The position numbers and the translations under genes are program-made. Shown here piece after piece: positions 42,901-57,400 of a stretch of 64,000 bases of DNA; position 1 is the stretch's first letter, and each line of letters opens with the position of its first letter. Below the pieces are notes generated by a model that did no database searches, had not been told where the DNA came from, and was given only the letters and a program-made list of their open reading frames with translations. Origin of the DNA: the human T2T-CHM13v2.0 reference genome, Homo sapiens; NCBI RefSeq assembly GCF_009914755.1, contig NC_060948.1. One strand, given 5' to 3'.

Positions 42901-45900
42901 CTACGGTCTCGAATGGAATAAAAATGTATGGAATGGAATGCAATGAAACGGAATCGAATGTCATAGAATGTAATGGAATGCAAAAAAATGGACTCCAAAA
43001 TCATTGACTGGAAAGGCTGGGTGTCGAAAGGAATTGACTCCAATGGAATGGAATCGAATGGAATGGAAGTGAATAGAATCGAACTAAATCGAATGGAATG
43101 GAATTGATAGGAACGGAATGGAAAGGAATGGAATGATTTGGCATGGAATGGAATCGAATGGCATCGAATGGAATGGAATGGAATGAAATGGAATGGAATG
43201 TATTAGAATGTAATGAACTTTAATGGGATGTACTCGAATGGATTCGACTGGAATGGAATGTTCTGGAAGTGAATGGACTCCAATGGAATGGATTCGAAAG
43301 GAATGGAATCGAACGGAATGGAATCTAATGGAATGGAATTAAATGGAAAGGAATCAAATGGAATAGCACGGAATTGAATTGAATGGAATCAAATGCAATG
43401 GAATCTAATGAAACGGAAAGGAAAGGAATGGAATGGAATGGAATGGGCTGGAATGGAATGGAATCGAAACGAATGGAATGGAATCGAACTGCAGAGACTG
43501 CAATGGAATGTACTGGAATGCAAGGGAGTGTAATGGAAGGTTCTCGAAAAGAATGGAATCGAATGGAATGGAATTGAATGGAACGGAATAGAGTCGAATG
43601 GAATTGAATGGAATGGAATGGACTAGAGTGAAATGGAATCGAGTCACAAGGAATGGACAGGAATAGAATGGTCTCGAATTGAATGGAATCGTATGGAATG
43701 GCATCAAACGGAATGGAATGGACAGCCACGGAATGGAATGCACTCGAATGCAATGGAGTCGAAACTAATGGACTGGAATAGAATGGACTCGACTGGTACG
43801 GACTCCAATGGAATGGAATGGAATGGAAGGGAATCGAACGGAATGGACTCGAAGTGAAAAGACTGCAACGGAAAGGTTTCGAATGGAATGGAAATTAATG
43901 GAATGGAATGGAATCGAATGAAATGGAGTCAAAAGGAATGGAATCGAATGGCAAGGAATCGAATGTAATGGAATCGCAAGGAATGGATGTGAACGGAAAG
44001 GAATGGAATGGAATCAAAAGGAATGGAATAGAATGGAATGGAATAGAATGGAAAGGACTCGAATGGAAATCACTTGAATAGAATGAAATTTAATAAAATA
44101 GGATCAAATGTAATGGAATGGAATGGAAAGGAATCGAAACGAAAGGAATGGAGACAGATGGAATGGAAGGGAACAGAGAGCAATGGTATAGAATGGAATG
44201 GAATCATCTGGAATGGAATTGAATGGAATGGAATAATATGATATGGAATGGAATGGACTGGAATGTCCTTGAATTAAATGGACTGGAATGGAATGGACTC
44301 GAACAGAGTGGAATGGAAAGTGTTGAAATAGAATGGAATGGACTCCTTTGGAATGGTCTAGTATGCAAGGCAATCGACTGGCAGGGAATCAAAAGGAATG
44401 TAATCGAATGCTTTGGACTGGAATGCAATGGACTCGAATAGATAGGAAATGGAATGCAAAGGAATGGAATGGAATAGTATGGAATGGAATGGAATGGAAA
44501 GGAATGGAGTGAAATAGACTAGAGTGGAATGGAATGGACTCGAAAGCAATGGACTGGAATGGAACTTTCTTGAATGGACTGGAATCAAACGGAATGGAAT
44601 GCAATGCAATCAAATGGCATGGAATAAAATAGAATGAAAGAGAATCAAATGGAATTGAATCGAATGGAATCGAATGGATTGGAAAGGAATAGAATGGAAT
44701 GGAATGGAACTGACTCAAATGGAATGGACTAGAATGGAATGGAGTCGAATGGAAGGCAAAGGAATAGAATCTATTGGAATGGACTGTAATGGAATGGAAT
44801 GGAAGGGATTGGAATGGACTCGAATGGAATGGACTGCAATAGAAAGGATTCGAATGGAATGAAAAAGAATTGAATGGAATAGAACAGAATGGAATCAAAT
44901 CGAATGTAACGGAATGGAATTGAAAGGAATGGAATGAAATGGAATGGAAAGGATTCGAATGGAATGCAATCGAAGGGAATGCAATCGAATGGAATGGAAT
45001 CGAACGGAATGGAATAAAATGGAAGAAAACTGGCAAGAAATGGAATCGAAATGAATGGAGTGTTATGGAACGGACTCAAAAGCAATTGAATGTAATAGAA
45101 TGGAGTGGAGTGGACTCGAATATAATAGACTGGAATGGAATGGAATCACATGGAATGGGAACGAATGGAATGGAATGGAAAGGAATGGAATCGAATGGAA
45201 AGGAATCGAATGGAAGGGAATGAAATTGAATTAACAGGAATGGAAGGGAATAGAATAGACTGTAATGGAATGGACTCGAATAGAATGGACACGAATGCTC
45301 AAATTGAATGGACTCGTATAGAATGGAAACGAAAGGAATGTCATCGAATGGAATTGAATCGATTGGAATGAAATCGCATAGAATGGAGTGGAATCTAATG
45401 GAATTGAATCGAAAGTAAAGGAAGCGAATGGACTGAAATGGAATGGAATTGAATGGAAAGTAATGCAATGGAATGGAATGGAACGAAATTTCAGGGAATG
45501 GAATCAAACAGAATGGAATCAAATCAATGGAATATAATAAAATGCAATGGATAGGAATTAAAAGGAATAGATTCGATTGGAAGGGATTGGAATGCAATGG
45601 AATGGGAAGGACTCGAATTTCATGAAACGGAATGGAATGGACTCGAATGGAATGGAATGTCATGGAATGGCATCAAATGGAATGGCATCAAATGGAATGG
45701 AATCGAATGCAATGGAATGTTATGGAATGGAATGGGATGCATTGGACTGAAATGTCCTCTAATGGAATGGATTCGAGTGGAATGGAATCGAATATAATGG
45801 AGTCGAATGAAATGGAATTGAAAGGAATGGGATCGAATAGAATGGAATATACTGGAATGTAATGTAATGAAGTCGAATGTAATTGACTGGAATGGAATGT

Positions 45901-48900
45901 ACGTGAATGGAATGTAATCGAAAGGAAAGTAATCCAAAGGAATAGAATCTAATGCAATAAAATCGACTCGAATGGAATAGAATGGAATGGAATGGAATGC
46001 AGTGCAATGGAACGGAATGGAATAGAATGCAATGGAGTGGAATGGAATGGAATGGAATGGAATGGGATGGAATGGTATGGAATGGATAGTAATGGACTGG
46101 AGTGAAATGGACTGGAAAGGAATGGACTCAAATTGAAAGGGCTCGAAAGGAATGGAGTCAAATGGAATGATCTGGAATGGAATGAACTCGAATGTAATGC
46201 AATCCAATAGAATGGAAACAAATGGAATGGAATTGAATGGAATGGAATTGAATGGAATGGGAACGAATGGAGTGAAATTGTATGGAATAGAAGAGAATAG
46301 AATGGAATGCAAGGGAAAGGAAAGGAATGGATTGGAATGGAATGGAATTCATTGGAATGGAAGGGAATGTAGTGTAATGGACAGGCCTGGAATAAACTGG
46401 AATGCTACGGTCCGGAATGGAATAAAAATGTATGGAATGGAATGCAATGAAACGGAATCGAATGTCATAGAATGTAATGGAATGCAAAAAAATGGACTCC
46501 AAAATCATTGACTGGAAAGGCTGGGTGTCGAAAGGAATTGACTCCAATGGAATGGAATCGAATGGAATGGAAGTGAATAGAATCGAACTAAATCGAATGG
46601 AATGGAATTGATAGGAACGGAATGGAAAGGAATGGAATGATTTGGCATGGAATGGAATCGAATGGCATCGAATGGAATGGAATGGAATGCAATGGAATGG
46701 AATGTATTAGAATGTAATGAACTTTAATGGGATGTACTCGAATGGATTCGACTGGAATGGAATGTTCTGGAAGTGAATGGACTCCAATGGAATGGATTCG
46801 AAAGGAATGGAATCGAACGGTATGGAATCTAATGGAATGGAATTAAATGGAAAGGAATGAAATGGAATAGAACGGAATTGAATTGAATGGAATCGAATGC
46901 AATGGAATCTAATGAAACGGAAAGGAAATGAATGGAATGGAATGGAATGGGCTGGAATGGAATGGAATCGAAACGAATGGAATGGAATCGAACTGCAGAG
47001 ACTGCCATGGAATGTACTGGAATGCAAGGGAGAGTAATGGAAGGTTCTCGAAAAGAATGGAAACGAATGGAATGGAATTGAATGGAACGGAATAGAGTCG
47101 AATGGAATTGAATGGAATGGAATGGACTAGAGTGAAATGGAATCGAGTCACAAGGAATGGACAGGAATAGAATGGTCTCGAATTGAATGGAATCGTATGG
47201 AATGGCATCAAACGGAATGGAATGGACAGCCACGGAATGGAATGCACTCGAATGCAATGGAGTCGAAACTATTGGTCTGGAATAGAATGGACTCGACTGG
47301 TACGGACTCCAATGGAATGGAATGGAATGGAAGGGAATCGAACGGAATGGACTCGAAGTGAAAAGACTGCAACGGAAAGGTTTCGAATGGAATGGAAATT
47401 AATGGAATGGAATGGAATCGAATGAAATGGAGTCAAAAGGAATGGAATCCAATGGCAAGGAATCGAATGTAATGGAATCGCAAGGAATGGATGTGAACGG
47501 AACGGAATGGAATGGAATCAAAAGGAATGGAATAGAATGGAATGGAATCGAATGGAAAGGACTCGAATGGAAATCACTTGAATAGAATGAAATTTAATAA
47601 AATAGGATCAAATGTAATGGAATGGAATGGAAAGGAATCGAAACGAAAGGAATGGAGACAGATGGAATGGAATGGAAGAGACCGCAATGGTATAGAATGG
47701 AATGGAATCATCTGCAATGGAATTGAATGGAATGGAATAATATGATATGGAATGGAATGGAACGGAAAGCCCTTGAATTAAATGGACTGGAATGGAATGG
47801 ACTGGAACAGAGTGGAATGGAAAGTGTTGAAATAGAATGGAATGGACTCCTTTGGAATGGTCTAGTATGCAAGGCAATCGACTGGCAGGGAATCAAAAGG
47901 AATGTAATCGAATGGATTGGACTGGAATGCAATGGACTCGAATAGATAGGAAACGGAATGCAAAGGAATGGAATTGAATAGTATGGAATGGAATGGAATG
48001 GAAGGAATGGAGTGAAATAGACTAGAGTGGAATGGAATGGACTCGAAAGCAATGGACTGGAATGGAACTTTCTTGAATGGACTGGAATCAAACGGAATGG
48101 AATGCAATGCAATCAAATGGCATGGAATAAAATAGAATGAAAGAGAATCAAATGGAATTGAATCGAATGGAATCGAATGGATTGGAAAGGAATAGAATGG
48201 AATGGAATGGAACTGACTCAAATGGAATGGACTGGAATGAAATGGAGTCGAAAGGAAGGCAAAGGAATAGAATCTATTGGAATGGACTGTAATGGAATGG
48301 AATGGAAGGGATTGGAATGGACTCGAATGGAATGGACTGCAATAGAAAGGATTCGAATGGAATGAAAAAGAATTGAATGGAATAGAACAGAATGGAATCA
48401 AATCGAATGTAACGGAATGGAATTGAAAGGAATGGAATGAAATGGAATGGAAAGGATTCGAATGGAATGCAATCGAAGGGAATGCAATCGAATGGAATGG
48501 AATCGAACAGAATGGAATAAAATGGAAGAAAACTGGCAAGAAATGGAATCGAAATGAATGCAGTGTTATGGAACGGACTCAAAAGGAATTGAATGTAATA
48601 GAATGGAGTGGAGTGGACTCGAATATTATGGACTGGAATGGAATGGAATCACATGGAATGGGAACGAATGGAATGGAATGGAAAGGAAAGGAATCGAATG
48701 GAAAGGAATCGAATGGAAGGGAAGGAAATTGAATCAACAGGAATGGAAGGGAATAGAATAGACTGTAATGGAATGGACTCGAATAGAATGGACACGAATG
48801 CTCAAATTGAACGGACTCGTATAGAATGGAAATGAAAGGAATGTCATCGAATGGAATTGAATCGATTGGAATGAAATCGCATAGAATGGAGTGGAATCAA

Positions 48901-51400
48901 ATGGAATTGAATCGAAAGCAAAGGAAGCGAATGGACTGAAATGAAATGGAATGGAATTGAATGGAAAGTAATGCAATGGAATGGAATGGAACGAAATTTC
49001 AGGGAATGGAATCAAACAGAATGGAATCAAATCAATGGAATCTAATCAAAAGGAATGGATAGGAATTAAAAGGAATAGATTCGATTGGAAGGGATTGGAA
49101 TGCAATGGAATGGGAAGGACACGAATTTCATGAAACGGAATGGAATGGACTCGAATGGAATGGAATGTCATGGAATGGCATCAAATGGAATGGCATCAAA
49201 TGGAATGGAATCGAATGCAATGGAATGTTATGGAATGGAATGGGATGCAGTGGAATGAAATGTCCTCTAATGGAATGGATTCGAGTGGAATGGAATCGAA
49301 TATAATGGAGTCGAATGAAATGGAATTGAAAGGAATGGGATCGAATAGAATGGAATATACTGGAATGTAATGTAATGAAGTCGAATGTAATTGACTGGAA
49401 TGGAATGTACGTGAATGGAATGTAATCGAATGGAAAGTAATCCAATGGAATAGAATCTAATGCAATAAAATCGACTCGAATGGAATGGAATGGAATGGAA
49501 TGGAATGCAGTGCAGTGGAACGGAATGGAATGGAATTCAATGGAGTGGAATGGAATGGAATGGAATGGAATGGGATGGAATGGTTTGGAATGGATAGTAA
49601 TGGACTGGAGTGAAATGGACTGGAAAGGAATGGACTCAAATTGAAAGGGCTCGAAAGGAATGGAGTCAAATGGAATGATCTGAAATGGAATGAACTCGAA
49701 TGTAATACAATCCAATAGAATGGAAACAAATGAAATGGAATTGAATGGAATGGAATTGAATGGAATGGGAACGAATGGAGTGAAATTGTATGGAATAGAA
49801 GAGAATAGAATGGAATACAAGGGAAAGGAAAGGAAAGGATTGGAATGGAATGGAATTCATTGGAATGGAAGGGAATGTAGTGTAATGGACAGGCCTGGAA
49901 TAAACTGGAATGCTACGGTCTCGAATGGAATAAAAATGTATGGAATGGAATGCAATGAAACGGAATCGAATGTCATAGAATGTAATGGAATGCAAAAAAA
50001 TGGACTCCAAAATCATTGACTGGAAAGGCTGGGTGTCGAAAGGAATTGACTCCAATGGAATGGAATCGAATGGAATGGAAGTGAATAGAATCGAACTAAA
50101 TCGAATGGAATGGAATTGATAGGAACGGAATGGAAAGGAATGGAATGATTTGGCATGGAATGGAATCGAATGGCATCGAATGGAATGGAATGGAATGAAA
50201 TGGAATGGAATGTATTAGAATGTAATGAACTTTAATGGGATGTACTCGAATGGATTCGACTGGAATGGAATGTTCTGGAAGTGAATGGACTCCAATGGAA
50301 TGGATTCGAAAGGAATGGAATCGAACGGAATGGAATCTAATGGAATGGAATTAAATGGAAAGGAATCAAATGGAATAGCACGGAATTGAATTGAATGGAA
50401 TCAAATGCAATGGAATCTAATGAAACGGAAAGGAAAGGAATGGAATGGAATGGAATGGGCTGGAATGGAATGGAATCGAAACGAATGGAATGGAATCGAA
50501 CTGCAGAGACTGCAATGGAATGTACTGGAATGCAAGGGAGTGTAATGGAAGGTTCTCGAAAAGAATGGAATCGAATGGAATGGAATTGAATGGAACGGAA
50601 TAGAGTCGAATGGAATTGAATGGAATGGAATGGACTAGAGTGAAATGGAATCGAGTCACAAGGAATGGACAGGAATAGAATGGTCTCGAATTGAATGGAA
50701 TCGTATGGAATGGCATCAAACGGAATGGAATGGACAGCCACGGAATGGAATGCACTCGAATGCAATGGAGTCGAAACTAATGGACTGGAATAGAATGGAC
50801 TCGACTGGTACTGACTCCAATGGAATGGATTGGAATGGAAGGGAATCGAACGGAATGCACTCGAAGTGAAAAGACTGCAACGGAAAGGTTTCGAATGGAA
50901 TGGAAATTAATGGAATGGAATGGAATCGAATGAAATGGATTCAAAAGGAACGGAATCGAATGGCAAGGAATCGAATGTAATGGAGTCGCAAGAATGGATG
51001 TGAACGGAACGGAATGGAATGTAATCAAAGGAATGGAATAGAATGGAATGGAATCGAATGGAAAGGACTCGAATGGAAATCACTTGAATAGAATGAAATT
51101 TAATAAAATAGGATCAAATGTAATGGAATGGAATGGAAAGGAATCGAAACGAAAGGAATGGAGACAGATGGAATGGAATGGAACAGAGAGCAATGGTATA
51201 GAATGGAATGGAATCATCTGGAATGGAATTGAATGGAATGGAATAATATGATATGGAATGGAATGGACTGGAATGTCCTTGAATTAAATGGACTGGAATG
51301 GAATGGACTCGAACAGAGTGGAATGGAAAGTGTTGAAATAGAATGGAATGGACTCCTTTGGAATGGTCTAGTATGCAAGGCAATCGACTGGCAGGGAATC
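39950..51400 (+). repeat. Duplication at two-unit offset (~7012 bp): ~39950-44400 versus ~46960-51400
   Basis: Shared private variants: GGGAGAGTAATGG (~40017/~47028), AAACTATTGG (~40255/~47266), GGACACGAATTTC (~42105/~49117), GAATACAAGGG (~42801/~49813), GGACTGGAATGTCCTT (~44255/~51265). ORF starts are offset by 7012 (42093/49105, 42678/49690). Confidence 0.85.
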
Positions 51401-54400
51401 AAAAGGAATGTAATCGAATGGATTGGACTGGAATGCAATGGGCTCGAATAGATAGGAAACGGAATGCAAAGGAATGGAATGGTATAGTATGGAATGGAAT
51501 GGAAAGGAATGGAGTGGAATAGACTAGAGTGGAATGAAATGGACTCGAAAGCAATGGACTGGAATGGAACTTTCTTGAATGGACTGGAATCAAACGGAAT
51601 GGAATGCAATGCAATCAAATGGCATGGAATAAAATAGAATGAAAGAGAATCAAATGGAATTGAATCGAATGGAATCGAATGGATTGGAAAGGAATAGAAT
51701 GGAATGGAATGGAACTGACTCAAATGGAATGGACTAGAATGGAATGGAGTCGAATGGAAGGCAAAGGAATAGAATCTATTGGAATGGACTGTAATGGAAT
51801 GGAATGGAAGGGATTGGAATGGACTCGAATGGAATGGACTGCAATAGAAAGGATTCGAATGGAATGAAAAAGGATTGAATGGAATAGAACAGAATGGAAT
51901 CAAATCGAATGTAACGGAATGGAATTGAAAGGAATGGAATGAAATGGAATGGAAAGGATTCGAATGGAATGCAATCGAAGGGAATGCAATCGAATGGAAT
52001 GGAATCGAACGGAATGGAATAAAATGGAAGAAAACTGGCAAGAAATGGAATCGAAATGAATGGAGTGTTATGGAACGGACTCAAAAGGAATTGAATGTAA
52101 TAGAATGGAGTGGAGTGGACTCGAATATTATGGACTGGAATGGAATGGAATCACATGGAATGGGAACGAATGGAATGGAATGGAAAGGAATGGAATCGAA
52201 TGGAAAGGAATCGAATGGAAGGGAATGAAATTGAATCAACAGGAATGGAAGGGAATAGAATAGACTGTAATGGAATGGACTGAATAGAATGGACACGAAT
52301 GCTCAAATTGAATGGACTCGTATAGAATGGAAACGAAAGGAATGTCATCGAATGGAATTGAATCGATTGGAATGAAATCGCATAGAATGGAGTGGAATCA
52401 AATGGAATTGAATCGAACGCAAAGGAAGCGAATGGACTGAAATGAAATGGAATGGAATTGAATGGAAAGTAATGCAATGGAATGGAATGGATCGAAATTT
52501 CACGGAATGGAATCAAACAGAATGGAATCAAATCAATGGAATATAATCAAATGGAATGGATAGGAATTGAATGGAATAGATTGGATTGGAATGGATTGGA
52601 ATGCAATGGAATGGGAAGGACTCGAATTTCATGAAACGGAATGGAATGAATTGGAATGGAATGGACTCGAATGGAATGGAATCAAATGGAATGGCATCAA
52701 ATGGAATGGAATCGAATGCAATGGAATGTTATGGAATGGAATGGGATGCATTGGAATGAAATGTCCTCTAATGGAATGGATTCGAGTGGAATGGAATCGA
52801 ATATAATGGAGTCGAATGAAAAGGAATTGAAAGGAATGGGATCGAATAGAATGGAATATACAGGAATGTAATGTAATGAAGTCGAATGTAATTGACTGGA
52901 ATGGAATGTACGTGAATGGAATGTAATCGAATGGAAAGTAATCCAATGGAATAGAATCTAATGCAATAAAATCGACTCGAATGGAATAGAATGGAATGGA
53001 ATGGAATGCAGTGCAATGGAACGGAATGGAATGGAATGCAATGGAGTGGAATGGAATGGAATGGAGTGGGATGGAATGGTGTGGAATGGATAGTAATGGA
53101 CTGGTGTGAAATGGACTGGAAAGTAGTGGACTGAAATTGAAAGGGCTCGAAAGGAATGGAGTCAAATGGAATGATCTGGAATGGAATGAACTCGAATGTA
53201 ATACAATCCAATAGAATGGTAACAAATGGAATGGAATTGAATGGAATGGAATTGAATGGAATGGGAACGAATGGAGTGAAATTGTATGGAATAGAAGAGA
53301 ATAGAATGGAATGCAAAGGAAAGGAAAGGAATGGATTGGAATGGAATGGAATTCAGTGGAATGGAAGGGAATGTAGTGTAATGGACAGGCCTGGAATAAA
53401 CTGGAATGCTACGGTCTCGAATGGAATAAAAATGTATGGAATGGAATGCAATGAAACGGAATCGAATGTCATAGAATGTAATGGAATGCAAAGAAACGGA
53501 CTCCAAAATCATTGACTGGAAAGGCTGGGTGTCGAATGGAATTGACTCCAATGGAATGGAATCGAATGGAATGGAAATGAATAGAATCGAACTAAATCGA
53601 ATGGAATGGAATTGATAGGAACGGAATGGAAAGGAATGGAATGATTTGGCATGGAATGGAATCGAATGGCATCGAATGGAATGGAATGGAATGCAATGGA
53701 ATGGAATGTATTAGAATGTAATGAACTTTAATGGGATGTACTCGAATGGATTCGACTGGAATGGAATGTTCTGGAAGTGAATGGACTCCAATGGAATGGA
53801 TTCGAAAGGAATGGAATCGAACGGAATGGAATCTAATGGAATGGAATTAAATGGAAAGGAATCAAATTGAATAGCACGGAATTGAATTGAATGGAATCGA
53901 ATGCAATGGAATCTAATGAAACGGAAAGGAAAGGAATGGAATGGAATGGAATGGGCTGGAATGGAATGGAATCGAAACGAATGGAATGGAATCGAACTGC
54001 AGAGACTGCAATGGAATGTACTGGAATGCAAGGGAGTATAATGGAAGCTTCTCGAAAAGAATGGAATCGAATGGAATGGAATTGAATGGAACGGAATAGA
54101 GTCGAATGGAATTGAATGGAATGGAATGGACTAGAGTGAAATGGAATCGAGTCACAAGGAATGGACAGGAATAGAATGGTCTCGAATTGAATGGAATCGT
54201 ATAGAATGGCATCAAACGGAATGGAATGGACAGCCACGGAATGGAATGCACTCGAATGCAATGGAGTCGAAACTAATGGACTGGAATAGAATGGACTCGA
54301 CTGGTACGGACTCCAATGGAATGGAATGGAATGGAAGGGAATCGAACGGAATGGACTCGAAGTGAAAAGACTGCAACGGAAAGGTTTCGAATGGAATGGA

Positions 54401-57400
54401 AATTAATGGAATGGAATGGAATCGAATGAAATGGAGTCAAAAGGAATGGAATCCAATGGCAAGGAATCGAATGTAATGGAATCGCAAGGAATGGATGTGA
54501 ACGGAACGGAATGGAATGGAATCAAAAGGAATGGAATAGAATGGAATGGAATCGAATGGAAAGGACTCGAATGGAAATCACTTGAATAGAATGAAATTTA
54601 ATAAAATAGGATCAAATGTAATGGAATGGAATGGAAAGGAATCGAAACGAAAGGAATGGAGACAGATGGAATGGAATGGAACAGAGAGCAATGGTATAGA
54701 ATGGAATGGAATCATCTGGAATGGAATTGAATGGAATGGAATAATATGATATGGAATGGAATGGAATGGAATGCCCTTGAATTAAATGGACTGGAATGGA
54801 ATGGACTGGAACAGAGTGGAATGGAAAGTGTTGAAATAGAATGGAATGGACTCCTTTGGAATGGTCTAGTATGCAATGCAATCGACTGGCAGGGAATCAA
54901 AAGGAATGTAATCGAATGGATTGGACTGGAATGCAATGGACTCGAATAGATAGGAAACGGAATGCAAAGGAATGGAATGGAATAGTATGGAATGGAATGG
55001 AAAGGAATGGAGTGGAATAGACTAGAGTGGAATGGAATGGACTCGAAAGCAATGGACTGGAATGGAACTTTCTTGAATGGACTGGAATCAAACGGAATGG
55101 AATGCAATGCAATCAAATGGCATGGAATAAAATAGAATGAAAGAGAATCAAATGGAATTGAATCGAATGGAATCGAATGGATTGGAAAGGAATAGAATGG
55201 AATGGAATGGAACTGACTCAAATGGAATGGACTAGAATGGAATGGAGTCGAATGGAAGGCAAAGGAATAGAATCTATTGGAATGGACTGTAATGGAATGG
55301 AATGGAAGGGATTGGAATGGACTCGAATGGAATGGACTGCAATAGAAGGGATTCGAATGGAATGAAAAAGAATTGAATGGAATAGAACAGAATGGAATCA
55401 AATCGAATGTAACGGAATGGAATTGAAAGGAATGGAATGAAATGGAATGGAAAGGATTCGAATGGAATGCGATCGAAGGGAATGTAATCGAATGGAATGG
55501 AATCGAAAGGAATGGAATAAAATGGAAGAAAACTGGCAAGAAATGGAATCGAAATGAATGGAGTGTTATGGAATGGACTCAAAAGGAATTGAATGTAACA
55601 GAAAGGAGTGGAGTGGACTCGAATATAATGGACTGGAATGGAATGGAATCACATGGAAAGGGAACGAATGGAATGGAATGGAAAGGAATGGAATGGAATG
55701 GAAAGGAAACGAATGGAAGGGAATGAATTTGAATCAACAGGAATGGAAGGTAATAGAATAGACTGTAATGGAATGGACTCGAATAGAATGGACACGAATG
55801 CTCAAATTGAATGGACTCGTATAGAATGGAAACGAAAGGAATGTCATCGAATGGAATTGAATCGATTGGAATGAAATCGCATAGAATGGAGTGGAATCAA
55901 ATGGAATTGAATCGAAAGGAAAGGAAGCGAATGGACTGAAATGAAATGGAATGGAATTGAATGGAAAGTAATGCAATGGAAAAGAATGGAACGAAATTTC
56001 ACGGAATGGAATCAAACAGAATGGAATCAAATCAATGGAATATAATCAAATGGAATGGATAGGAATTGAATGGAATAGATTGGATTGGAAGGGATTGGAA
56101 TGCAATGGAATGGGAAGGACTCGAATTTCATGAAACGGAATGGAATGGACTCGAATGGAATGGAATGTCATGGAATGGCATCAAATGGAATGGCATCAAA
56201 TGGAATGGAATCGAATGCAATGGAATGTTATGGAATGGAGTGGAATGTATTGGAATGAAATGTCCTCTAATGGAATGGATTCGAGTGGAATGGAATCGAA
56301 TATAATGGAGTCGAATGAAATGGAATTGAAAGGAATGGGATCGAATAGAACGGAATATACTGGCATGTAATGTAATGAAGTCGAATGTAATTGACTGGAA
56401 TGGAATGTACGTGAATGGAATGTAATCGAATGGAAAGTAATCCAATGGAATAGAATCTAATGCAATAAAATCGACTCGAATGGAATAGAATGTAATGGAA
56501 TGGAATGCAGTGCAATGGAACGGAATGGAATGGAATGCAATGGAGTGGAATGGAATGGAATGGAATGGGATGGAATGGTATGGAATGGATAGGAATGGAC
56601 TGGAGTGAAATGGACTGGAAAGGAATGGACTCCAATTGAAAGGGCTCGAAAGGAATAGAGTCAAATGGAATGATCTGGAATGGAATGAACTCGTATGTAA
56701 TGCAATCCAATAGAATGGAAACAAATGGAATGGAATTGAATGGAATGGAATTGAATGGAATGGGAACGAATGGTGTGAAATTGTATGGAATAGAAGAGAA
56801 TAGAATGGAATGCAAGGGAAAGGAAAGGAATGGATTGGAATGGAATGGAATTCATTGGAATGGAAGGGAATGTAGTGTAATGGACAGGCCTGGAATAAAC
56901 TGGAATGCTACGGTCTCGAATGGAATAAAAATGTATGGAATGGAATGCAATGAAACGGAATCGAATGTCATAGAATGTAATGGAATGCAAAAAAATGGAC
57001 TCCAAAATCATTGACTGGAAAGGCTGGGTGTCGAAAGGAATTGACTCCAATGGAATTGAATCGAATGGAATGGAAGTGAATAGAATCGAACTAAATCGAA
57101 TGGAATGGAGTTGATAGGAACGGAATGGAAAGGAATGGAATGATTTGGCATAGAATGGAATCGAATGGCTTCGAATGGAATGGAATGAAATGCAATGGAA
57201 TGGAATGTATTAGAATGTAATGAACTTTAATGGGATGTACTCGAATGGATTCGACTGGAATGGAATGTTCTGGAAGTGAATGGACTCCAATGGAATGGAT
57301 TCGAAAGGATATGGAATCGAACGGAATGGAATCTAATGGAATGGAATTAAATGGAAAGGAATCAAATGGAATAGCACGGAATTGAATTGAATGGAATCGA

